Part shown: one piece after another, positions 7,452 to 14,917 of the stretch | Position numbering within the stretch: position 1 is the first letter of the stretch | Layout: each line of letters opens with the position of its first letter | DNA from: an uncultured Gammaproteobacteria bacterium | GTDB lineage: Bacteria; Patescibacteriota; Patescibacteriia; UBA9934 | Assembly: GCA_964344415.1 (NCBI GenBank) | Contig: CAYFMS010000001.1 | Span: forward strand, 383,315-430,502 | Direction: 5' to 3' | Length of the DNA: 47,188 nucleotides | Notes under the pieces: generated by a model | Database searches by the model: none | What the model was told of the DNA's origin: nothing | Seen by the model: the letters and a program-made list of their open reading frames with translations, nothing else | Program-made: the position numbers and the translations under genes

Positions 7452-9587
7452 TCACTCCAACAAATGACTCGCTGTAAATGAATGTAGGCTTTGATCTGTA
7501 ATGAAGAAAATCGTTTTTGTTTCTTCATCGACGTATATATCATGTGCAGAGCCTAATTGTTCATGGCTATACTGCCTAACAAAGTCACCCGTTTTTGTGA
7601 AGACAAGAATACGATTATTGTCTGACTCAAGAACATAAAGATAATTCGATTCTGTATTCGTGAACAGCCTTGTCATATTCGATGGCAGAGGATCGACAAT
7701 ATCAAGATTGAAATCAACCTCTCTTCCAGAACTGAATTTGGCTATTCCTTTTGGCAGAAGAATGTATATATCACCGTCAATTGCTATATCTCTACCTTCA
7801 GATATATCGGTTTCTCTTGCGCTAATCCATGGCGTTCCCGCATCAAATCCGTCGCCTTGTGGCTGCATCTTTGTTATTTGCTGTGATGTTGTAGAAAATG
7901 CATACAAATTATCAACATAGCTCTCAATACCTCCAAGAGAACTCAGTCGATTCACGCCGCTAATAATCGGATTTACGCTTCCTGTTTGCGCATTAAATCT
8001 TCCAAGCTGTGAATTGTCGTCGATGATATATGTACTCGTTTCATCGTTTGCTACATGTGTAGGGCTGCCGATGCTGCCAATCACGGCATCGATTTGAGAC
8101 CAAGAATTATTCACGCTGTCGTACAGATAATAAAGGTTTGAATTCGACACACCGTATATCGACGAATCAAGATGAGCTAGGAATGCAAGCTCTGATCCAT
8201 TTTCCGCGAGTGTTTGAAGGGCGATATGTTCAATTCCTTGCAATGACTGCAATAATTCATTCAATTCAATCTTTAAATCCTCAACAGTCTGCTGCTCGCT
8301 CTTTGGAATGGCGACAGTGTCGAGGAGTGCCAATGCTTCTGCAATCAGCTGCCTCGCGCCTTCTTTATCTTCATAAATAAGATTTGCAGATGCCGAATCT
8401 CGTTTATCTTCTACTGTTTTTACAATAGAATTAAATGTTTCAATTTCTGAACGATGTTTTCTTGATTTTGTGAAGGCCTGCGTAAGAATAAATCCGCTCA
8501 AAATAACAAGGAGAGCGACGGATGTTACGATCTTTGTTCTATTCGAAATAGATGAAGCGGACTCTTTTGCTCGTGAAAATACTGATGCCATGCCCGCCTT
8601 TATGTCTCGATTCTCACGATTCTTTATAAGGTGCTTTATCCCGTTTATGGTGAGCTTGGTTAATGCGCGTATGCCAGACCAAAGAGCGGCAAGTGCAATA
8701 ATGAGTACTTTTATGATGAAGCGAATAAACTGAACAATCATGCTCTTTGTCCCTTTATTACCCGGACCTGAAATGCGATCGAGAAGTGGATTTACAATCG
8801 TTTGCATGAATGTATTCAGATTCATTTTTTGATCCCCAAGTAAGTCTGCTGTTTGTTCTTTTGTTTGCGTGAGCTGCTGTATGGATGAAAGCGGATTTAC
8901 TTTTTTTATGCCCTCATGAGATTTGCGCTGCGTCATTTTAAACAGAACGGCCCCATAAGACTCCTGCGTGCCGCGATACTGGCCAATGCGCTGTAATGCT
9001 CCCGAAGGGGGGAGTGTGACGAGAATATGCTGCAATTCATCTTGGCTTAATTCACGATTTGGAATGGCTGTTGCAACATAAAAAATATCCCCAGGATTTA
9101 ATTCGCCATCCAGAATAGTTAAAAACAGCTTATGCCAATCTGTATTGGCTTCATGGTCAAATTGTTCATTCAATTCATAAACGGTGAAGCGCGATTGTGC
9201 GGATTTATGCATGAAATGTGCGAGTAGTTCACCCACGCCGCTTACATAAACTTGATTGTCAGAAATGACACCAATAATGGCATTCATATCAGTAATCGGA
9301 ATCGGCCTTACGTCATTTGCAATTTCATTAAGCTGCTCATTTAATGTCTGAAGGAGTTGCTCGAAGCGTCTGGCCATATTCATGTCTTCTCCAGCGTTCA
9401 AAGCAAATCGTTCAATATGTTCATTGATGGTGATGGCTATTTGCTCTCGTGACTTGTTTTTACGGCCAATTATTTTATACAATCCAAAAATCTTGCCTCG
9501 ATTTCCAGGCAGGTCATAAAGGAGCGCTTGCATGATAGGCGCTTTTTCTCTTGGTAATGCTGTAATTTTGGCGGATTTGTAATCCAT
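7452..9587 (-). CDS. Hypothetical 711-aa membrane protein: N-terminal cytoplasmic domain, central TM segments, C-terminal beta-propeller-like repeats
   Basis: Long ORF at backbone GC. TM stretches are FIIKVLIIALAALWSGI and IVTSVALLVILSGFILT. The C-terminal half has repeated blades (..LYYLYDS.., ..TYIIDDNSQLGRF.., ..IYILLPKGIAKF.., ..YLYVLESDNNRILVF.., ..IFFITDQSLHSF). I recognise no catalytic motif. Confidence 0.7.
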   Translation of the reverse strand: MDYKSAKITALPREKAPIMQALLYDLPGNRGKIFGLYKIIGRKNKSREQIAITINEHIERFALNAGEDMNMARRFEQLLQTLNEQLNEIANDVRPIPITDMNAIIGVISDNQVYVSGVGELLAHFMHKSAQSRFTVYELNEQFDHEANTDWHKLFLTILDGELNPGDIFYVATAIPNRELSQDELQHILVTLPPSGALQRIGQYRGTQESYGAVLFKMTQRKSHEGIKKVNPLSSIQQLTQTKEQTADLLGDQKMNLNTFMQTIVNPLLDRISGPGNKGTKSMIVQFIRFIIKVLIIALAALWSGIRALTKLTINGIKHLIKNRENRDIKAGMASVFSRAKESASSISNRTKIVTSVALLVILSGFILTQAFTKSRKHRSEIETFNSIVKTVEDKRDSASANLIYEDKEGARQLIAEALALLDTVAIPKSEQQTVEDLKIELNELLQSLQGIEHIALQTLAENGSELAFLAHLDSSIYGVSNSNLYYLYDSVNNSWSQIDAVIGSIGSPTHVANDETSTYIIDDNSQLGRFNAQTGSVNPIISGVNRLSSLGGIESYVDNLYAFSTTSQQITKMQPQGDGFDAGTPWISARETDISEGRDIAIDGDIYILLPKGIAKFSSGREVDFNLDIVDPLPSNMTRLFTNTESNYLYVLESDNNRILVFTKTGDFVRQYSHEQLGSAHDIYVDEETKTIFFITDQSLHSFTASHLLE

Positions 9588-9674
9588 GTTTTATGTCAAA
9601 GCTTTACGAATATCGACTTAGGATTTACTATAAGTATATACGAACTTGCAAAGTAGCCAAGTGCAAGTACCTCA

Positions 9675-10370
9675 ATGAACAAAATTCGTATTCGTATGCC
9701 AAAGAAAAAGATTCAAGAAGTTAAGGAGGGTAATACTGATACACGCGTGCAGTCAGAGCAATCGATTGAGCAATTGTTTGGGTCTAAAACCCGTGTGCGC
9801 ATGCTCAGGCTTTTTCTGGATAATCCAGATCGAGCTTTTTATGTTCGTGAGCTGACTCGGCGCATTGATGCTCAGCTTAATTCCGTTCGTCGAGAGTTGA
9901 ATAACTTGATTGGGATTGGAATCCTGAAAGAAACAAAAGGGGTCATTCTGAAAGAAGAGGATAAGGGTAAGAAGGGAAAATCTACAAAGAAAAAATTCTA
10001 TCAAGCGAATAGTGAGTTTGCATTTTTCGAAGAACTGCGTGGCATCATGAAAAAGTCTGCCGTGCTTATGAATAGGGGGTTTGTTGAGGAAATTACGAAG
10101 AAGGGAAATATTCATTTGCTCTTTTTGACGGGAACATTCATTGATAATCCGGGTACGGAATCTGACATGCTGGTTGTTGGTGATATTAAGCCAGATGATT
10201 TGCGTAAAGCGGTAGAAAAATTTGAAAAAGAAATTGGTCGTGAGATTAATTATACGAGCATGCCAAAAGATGAACTCGTATATCGAATGGAGGTAAAGGA
10301 TAGATTCCTGCAGTCTCTTTTGAAAACGGATAAGGTAATATTGATTAACGATTTGGACCTTGATATATGA
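9675..10370 (+). CDS. Winged-helix (ArsR-like) DNA-binding protein with C-terminal alpha/beta domain
   Basis: The wHTH signature is FGSKTRVRMLRLFLDNPDRAFYVRELTRRIDAQLNSVRRELNNLIGIGILKE. It overlaps the next gene by 4 nt (ATGA). Confidence 0.7.
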   Translation: MNKIRIRMPKKKIQEVKEGNTDTRVQSEQSIEQLFGSKTRVRMLRLFLDNPDRAFYVRELTRRIDAQLNSVRRELNNLIGIGILKETKGVILKEEDKGKKGKSTKKKFYQANSEFAFFEELRGIMKKSAVLMNRGFVEEITKKGNIHLLFLTGTFIDNPGTESDMLVVGDIKPDDLRKAVEKFEKEIGREINYTSMPKDELVYRMEVKDRFLQSLLKTDKVILINDLDLDI

Positions 10371-10774
10371 AAATCTATTTCAATGGGTCGGACATTCACA
10401 GATGTGCGATAGGGGAATTGGAATCGGGTGCATATAAAGTTTTTGAAGGGGGCCCAGACACATTTTTACAATCACTGAATACATTTATTGAACAGTGCGG
10501 GGGTCATAATGATCAAATCATAGAAATGCATGTTATTGTGGGTCCAGGATCGGCGACGGCTCTTCGTGCATCCCTTTCCATTGTTAACACTCTTCGTTTC
10601 ACGCAAGGGGTTGATGTATTCGGATATGAATTATTGGATGATTCTGATGAAGAAATAATGCGTGCAATTCAGAATGAAGAAAGGAGGCCAGTACAGCAAG
10701 GGGGGGATTTGAAGCCTTATTATGCACATGGACCGCGCATTACAAAAAGTAAGAAAAATCGTTTAAAACAATAA
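10367..10774 (+). CDS. Short TsaB/YeaZ-like protein (N-terminal ASKHA-fold half only)
   Basis: 135 aa. VIVGPGSATALRASLSIVNTLRF resembles the GPGSFTGLRIG motif of TsaB. It is about half the length of a normal TsaB. Confidence 0.45.
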   Translation: MKIYFNGSDIHRCAIGELESGAYKVFEGGPDTFLQSLNTFIEQCGGHNDQIIEMHVIVGPGSATALRASLSIVNTLRFTQGVDVFGYELLDDSDEEIMRAIQNEERRPVQQGGDLKPYYAHGPRITKSKKNRLKQ

Positions 10775-10775
10775 T

Positions 10776-11480
10776 ATGGAACATTACGTAGACCTTCTTC
10801 AAAGTGCTTTTATTGATATGTGGACGGCAATATTGCTCTTTCTGCCACAATTTTTGCTAGCACTTATTATTATATTGCTTGGTTTTTTGCTTGCAGGGAT
10901 TTTAAAAGCAGCAATCGAGCGTGTATCTGCACTTGTAAAATTAGATCAATTAATGGATGTTCTTGAAGTTAAGGCGGCATTCAAAAAAGCGAATATAGAC
11001 TTACATATCGGAGGATTCCTTGGGTGGCTTGCAAAATGGTTCATTTTGATACTTGCTCTCATTATTGCAGCCGATACGCTTGGATGGGATCAAATAACGG
11101 TATTTCTTTCTGAGGTTGTTTCTTATATTCCAAATGTCATTATTGCTGTTGTTATTCTCTTGGTTGGTATTGTACTTGGTTCATTTGTTCAGGGGATTAT
11201 TAAAAGTACATTGGATGCTTCCGGATTGCAGACAAGTGCTTTTCTATCCGGAATAGCTAAATGGTCTATTGTTGTATTTAGTTTTATGGCTGCACTTGTG
11301 CAGCTTGGTATTGCCGAGTCGCTTATTCAGGTGCTCTTCACTGGTTTTGTTGCGATGGTTGCACTTGCTGGTGGATTGGCATTTGGACTGGGTGGTAAGG
11401 AATTCGCGGCAGAGATCCTGAAAAAGATTAAAAAAGATTTGGTGAAGGGGGAGGGGGCAGGAAGCGGCAAGGAAAGTTAG
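10776..11480 (+). CDS. Membrane protein with two 'conserved TM helix' (MscS-N-terminal-like) repeats
   Basis: Two similar modules are FLPQFLLALIIILLGFLLAGILKAAIERV and YIPNVIIAVVILLVGIVLGSFVQGIIKST. The last codons and the stop codon lie inside a dispersed repeat module (see findings). Confidence 0.75.
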   Translation: MEHYVDLLQSAFIDMWTAILLFLPQFLLALIIILLGFLLAGILKAAIERVSALVKLDQLMDVLEVKAAFKKANIDLHIGGFLGWLAKWFILILALIIAADTLGWDQITVFLSEVVSYIPNVIIAVVILLVGIVLGSFVQGIIKSTLDASGLQTSAFLSGIAKWSIVVFSFMAALVQLGIAESLIQVLFTGFVAMVALAGGLAFGLGGKEFAAEILKKIKKDLVKGEGAGSGKES

Positions 11481-11528
11481 AAAAGTGAGTAAGGTCTGAG
11501 GAGGAGATAAAAGAGATTTAGGAGATTG
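11474..11528 (-). repeat. Dispersed repeat modules (ACCTTACTnACTTTTCTAACTT and CAATCTCnTnAATCTCTTnTATCTCCT), reverse orientation
   Basis: The reverse complement of 11474-11495 matches 34362-34383 (21 of 22). The reverse complement of 11502-11528 matches 34315-34341 with a few mismatches. Confidence 0.75.
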
Positions 11529-11542
11529 GAAAGATCGCTAAC

Positions 11543-11557
11543 TCACAAGCGACAAAA
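11543..11557 (-). repeat. Post-terminator box TTTTGTCGCTTGTGA (copy 2 of 3, minus orientation)
   Basis: The plus strand reads TCACAAGCGACAAAA, directly abutting the 11556-11591 terminator. Confidence 0.7.
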
Positions 11558-11591
11558 TAAAAACACCACTCAAATGAGCGGTGTTTTTTAT
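11556..11591. terminator. Bidirectional intrinsic terminator between convergent genes
   Basis: AAAAACACCACTC-aaat-GAGCGGTGTTTTTT (one mismatch in the stem), flanked by an A-run and a T-run. Confidence 0.7.
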
Positions 11592-11596
11592 TCATG

Positions 11597-12136
11597 TTAG
11601 AACTGAACCGGTATAGCGATAGATTTGTCACGAATAGCATCGCCAGATGGATTTGCATTCTTTATGATCAGAACACCGGTATTATTTATCGTATTATTTG
11701 GCGACGTGAATGTTAAACTTCCTTCAAAGTCAACGAAATCTTCCGTCGTCCATGGACCTAAAGTCTCGATATAGCCATTAGCTACTTGTGATCCATCCCA
11801 ATTAAGCAATTCAACGTCGGCTCTTGCTTCAAAAAACCATGTGCCGCGCGCTTGACCTGAAATTGTAAGAGGCGATGATATCGCCGAATTCTCTAAAGGA
11901 TTTGAAACAATGATATCGTCTGCACTCGCATTACTGTATTGAGTAATTATCTCAATTTCGTTACCCGCCTTTGGATCAGCAATTTCCTCTACCTCTTCCA
12001 ACTGCGTATCTTCGCTGATATTCTCGGCTAATTCATTTTGCTCTGATTCATGTGCAAGCACGGAAAATAGCCCTATAATCAGTGCTAAAAGAGCAAGAAG
12101 TCCCAAGTACAATGGTAATAGCTTTTTCATATACAT
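11597..12136 (-). CDS. Gmad2 immunoglobulin-like domain protein, membrane-anchored
   Basis: N-terminal anchor KKLLPLYLGLLALLALIIGLF. The Gmad2-type domain is SSPLTISGQARGTWFFEARADVELLNWDGSQVANGYIETLGPWTTEDFVDFEGSLTF. Confidence 0.75.
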   Translation of the reverse strand: MYMKKLLPLYLGLLALLALIIGLFSVLAHESEQNELAENISEDTQLEEVEEIADPKAGNEIEIITQYSNASADDIIVSNPLENSAISSPLTISGQARGTWFFEARADVELLNWDGSQVANGYIETLGPWTTEDFVDFEGSLTFTSPNNTINNTGVLIIKNANPSGDAIRDKSIAIPVQF

Positions 12137-12145
12137 TCATCGTAT

Positions 12146-12871
12146 CTATTCCATGTCATTTTGCAAGGGTATATCGTGTATATGTGTTCTTGTAATCTGG
12201 AGGGCAAATCCACCGAGCTCATGCGCGATACTGCGCATATATGTCCCGCTACTGCAATGTACATTAATAGTTACCGTTCTCAACTCTTGTGTTTCTTTGA
12301 GTAACTTCGTCCAGGCACTCAGGATTTCCGCCTGTCTGAAGTCACCATTAACCTTGCTGATACGTTCGACGATCTTTGTTAACAATTTTTCCGAGCTTAT
12401 ACTTTCTTCGTTCAAGATTTCTGTATTGTAAATCGTTCGCGTCTTGCTTGGTACTTCAATTTCGTCCAACTTGCCTTCGCGCGCCCACCCATGCAGTGGC
12501 TTGCCATGCACTTTGTATGCGGAATAGGGAGGAAAGCTTTGCTCGATCTCACCTTCGAGTGACTTGAGCGTCGCCTTGAAATCAGTAGGGCTCTCACCGC
12601 TAAACTTTGGTATTCCGAGTGCATCATAGCTATCCGTCTGAATACCGAGTACAATTTTTACTTTATATGTCTTATCCTTTTTCAGGTGAATACTTTTTTT
12701 ATACACTTCTTCGCCGGCAAGCAATATAAGTATGCCATCGGCCATTGGGTCCAGCCTACCGGCATAGGTCATTTTAATATCCTTATATTCTGGAAATGCT
12801 TCCTTGAATCGATGTATGCATTCAAGAGGCGTTTCGCCTTGGAATTTGTAAATGGGGAGGATTGTTTTCAT
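12146..12871 (-). CDS. truB: tRNA pseudouridine(55) synthase TruB, short form
   Basis: AGRLDPMADGILILLAGEE and KTYKVKIVLGIQTDSYDALG match the catalytic-Asp and K.Y...G..TD..D motifs of TruB. The ORF track begins at a TTG (12913); the first ATG is 12871 (MKTILPIYKFQGETP). Confidence 0.8.
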   Translation of the reverse strand: MKTILPIYKFQGETPLECIHRFKEAFPEYKDIKMTYAGRLDPMADGILILLAGEEVYKKSIHLKKDKTYKVKIVLGIQTDSYDALGIPKFSGESPTDFKATLKSLEGEIEQSFPPYSAYKVHGKPLHGWAREGKLDEIEVPSKTRTIYNTEILNEESISSEKLLTKIVERISKVNGDFRQAEILSAWTKLLKETQELRTVTINVHCSSGTYMRSIAHELGGFALQITRTHIHDIPLQNDME

Positions 12872-12874
12872 GGA

Positions 12875-12903
12875 TTGACATTTGATGCATTTTATCCTAC
12901 CAT
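12875..12903 (+). promoter_or_regulatory. Candidate promoter for tRNA-Gln
   Basis: TTGACA-17 nt-TACCAT, about 118 nt upstream of the tRNA. It overlaps the truB start region on the other strand. Confidence 0.35.
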
Positions 12904-13020
12904 TCCAGCACAATTTAGCCAGATCTCATCCATTCCGCTCCCGGATCTCTTCGAGATCCGTGTCACTGCGCTCGGATGTAAAAAATGAACAAGATCATTT
13001 CCATACATCACTCGCTACAT

Positions 13021-13094
13021 TCCCGGATCGTCTAATGGCAGGACGTCAGTTTCTGGCACTGAAAATCGGGGTTCGAATCCCTGTCCGGGAACCA
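13021..13094 (+). tRNA. tRNA-Gln (anticodon CTG), CCA encoded
   Basis: Hand-folded cloverleaf. Acceptor TCCCGGA/TCCGGGA, anticodon stem TCAGT/ACTGA with loop TTCTGGC (anticodon CTG), T arm CGGGG-TTCGAAT-CCCTG, discriminator A plus CCA. Confidence 0.9.
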
Positions 13095-13133
13095 TCAAAG
13101 AAGTCGACGAAAGTCGGCTTTTTTGATGGTTCC
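13088..13133 (+). terminator. Long hairpin that includes the tRNA 3' end (trailer/terminator)
   Basis: GGAACCATCAAA...TTTGATGGTTCC are 12-nt perfect arms enclosing an inner GTCGAC-gaaa-GTCGGC stem and a T-run. Confidence 0.6.
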
Positions 13134-13253
13134 AGAACCGAAGGTTTAAAATAATTACCTGCAATCTGATAATTATTTCGGACGGGGATCCTCCCGAGCG
13201 GTGAAAGTTTACTTTCATGGAGCGAGGGTATATACCTGTCTTTCAGCAAATGA

Positions 13254-13292
13254 GGGAACCATCAAAGAATCGCACGAACGTGCGGTTTTTTA
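13254..13292 (+). repeat. Second copy of the tRNA 3' end (GGGAACCATCAAAGAA) followed by a small terminator hairpin
   Basis: The 16-mer at 13254-13269 is identical to 13087-13102. It is followed by CGCAC-gaac-GTGCG and GTTTTTT. Confidence 0.7.
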
Positions 13293-13296
13293 TTTT

Positions 13297-14256
13297 ATGC
13301 TAAACTCTAGCCATATGATTGATGTCATTCTTGAAACGGGTGAGGACAGGCGAAAAATGATTCGTACTGCGACGGAGCGGCTTGGTGCTGATTTTGTGGA
13401 GCGCATCAAAGAAGCGAAAACAATCTTCATCAAAGTCAATTTGATTCATCATGAACGCCAGCTTGCATCCACGCATGTCGACGCAGTGCGCGGCCTTCTT
13501 GATGTCATAACACTTCATTCACCGGCTATCATTTATATTGGTGACGCAGGTTATACGGGAACAAAGGCGGCCTTTCGTCATTTTGGATATGATCGTATTC
13601 CGGAAGAATATCCGCAAGTGCAACTTATGGATCTCAATGATGACGGTTGGATTCCGGGAGTATCAATCAAAAAAGATGGAAGCAAAAATGAAATACGTCG
13701 CGCAAAAACACCTCTTGAAGCCGATATAAAGATTAGCCTTGCACCGATGAAAACACATGCATCTGTCGGCGCTTCTCTTTCTATCGAAAATTGGGTGATG
13801 GGAACATGGATTGTCCCTCCGCGCATTGGACCGACGGGTCAGGTATTTGCAAAATGGCCTTGGCTTGAAGAGGAGGGGGCTTGGGCGCATCATGCGAGTA
13901 TTGCGCGGATCTTCAAAGATGCTCCATGCGACATTTCGATTATTGACGGCATTATGGCTATGGAAGGCGATGGTCCAATTGAGGGGGCAGCCATTCCGAT
14001 GAATGTTGTTTTGGCTGGTTTTGATCCTATTGCGGTGGATACAGTTGCGGCATCACTTATGGGAATTGATTCGTCAGACATTGGCTATCTCACTATGCTT
14101 GCTGAGCAAAATATTGGTACAATAGATATGACGCGTATTAATGTACCACCGATGCTTCTCTTGGAATTGAAGCGAGAGGTGGCTCTTCCCGATGAGACAA
14201 GGGCAGCACTGCGCGCATTTAAAAATCTTGATCCATCTATTACTGTTTCTCTATGA
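13297..14256 (+). CDS. DUF362 domain protein
   Basis: KTIFIKVNLI, ..STHVDAVRGLLDVI.., MKTHASVGASLSIENW and IIDGIMAMEGDGPIEG are DUF362 hallmarks. The ORF-track start (13201) would read through the tRNA-end repeat and a terminator, so I prefer ATG 13297 (or 13315). Confidence 0.8.
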   Translation: MLNSSHMIDVILETGEDRRKMIRTATERLGADFVERIKEAKTIFIKVNLIHHERQLASTHVDAVRGLLDVITLHSPAIIYIGDAGYTGTKAAFRHFGYDRIPEEYPQVQLMDLNDDGWIPGVSIKKDGSKNEIRRAKTPLEADIKISLAPMKTHASVGASLSIENWVMGTWIVPPRIGPTGQVFAKWPWLEEEGAWAHHASIARIFKDAPCDISIIDGIMAMEGDGPIEGAAIPMNVVLAGFDPIAVDTVAASLMGIDSSDIGYLTMLAEQNIGTIDMTRINVPPMLLLELKREVALPDETRAALRAFKNLDPSITVSL

Positions 14257-14720
14257 GTATTTGTTTATTTCCTGGACGATTTCAACCATTTCATACTGGG
14301 CAACTTCTTGTTGTGAAGGGCATGATGAAGGCTTGTGGTCGCGTGATTATTCCCGTTTGCCTTTCCGCCGATGACAGTGAGTTTTCTAAAGAAGAGATTC
14401 GCGAAATGATTAGCGCGGCATTACTTGCTGAAGATATTGTTGATGCCGAAATTCAATTTGTTTCTGATTGTGAGTCTGATTCGGATTGGGTTGAGCGAGT
14501 CCTCGAATTAGTTGAGGATGAGGGTGACGTTTCTGTTTGGAGCGGAAACCCATCGGTACTTCAATTGTTTGGCGATGCTGGTATTGAAACAAAAGAGATT
14601 AAACTTGTTCCGGGGCATGACAGTGATGAAATTCTCCGGATGATTCAAGATAGAAATACAGAGTGGCGCGCAAAGGTTCCTGCGGGCGCGATGGATGTTG
14701 TGACAAAACATTTGGAATAA
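14253..14720 (+). CDS. Cytidylyltransferase-fold protein, archaeal-type NMN adenylyltransferase (NadM)-like with altered signature (HTGQ instead of HxGH)
   Basis: The N terminus CLFPGRFQPFHTGQLLVV matches GRFQPFH.GH. It overlaps the DUF362 stop by 4 nt (ATGA). Confidence 0.65.
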   Translation: MSICLFPGRFQPFHTGQLLVVKGMMKACGRVIIPVCLSADDSEFSKEEIREMISAALLAEDIVDAEIQFVSDCESDSDWVERVLELVEDEGDVSVWSGNPSVLQLFGDAGIETKEIKLVPGHDSDEILRMIQDRNTEWRAKVPAGAMDVVTKHLE

Positions 14721-14723
14721 AAT

Positions 14724-14749
14724 AACCGAGCTTCGTACTCGGTTTTTTG
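14724..14749 (+). terminator. Intrinsic terminator
   Basis: AACCGAG-cttcgta-CTCGGTT followed by TTTTGT. Confidence 0.8.
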
Positions 14750-14917
14750 TTTGGCCAATGTGAATCATTAGTTTGATTTGATGAGATAAAAACAGCAGTC
14801 GTTTTTAGCTGCTATGTTAATGAACGTCGCTTTACTTTGGTTGATTATTTGTTACACTATGCATACAAACCGGATCCCAAGGGTGCCCAGTAAGGCACTT
14901 GGTCCGGGTATTTGTGT

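Noticed and set aside
13134-13253. A possible second tRNA or tmRNA-like gene ending in GGGAACCA.
   Set aside because: I could not fold a cloverleaf: there is no matching 5' acceptor strand (TCCCTCA absent) and no T-loop TTCGAAT/GTTCRA. Only the last 8 nt mimic the tRNA end.
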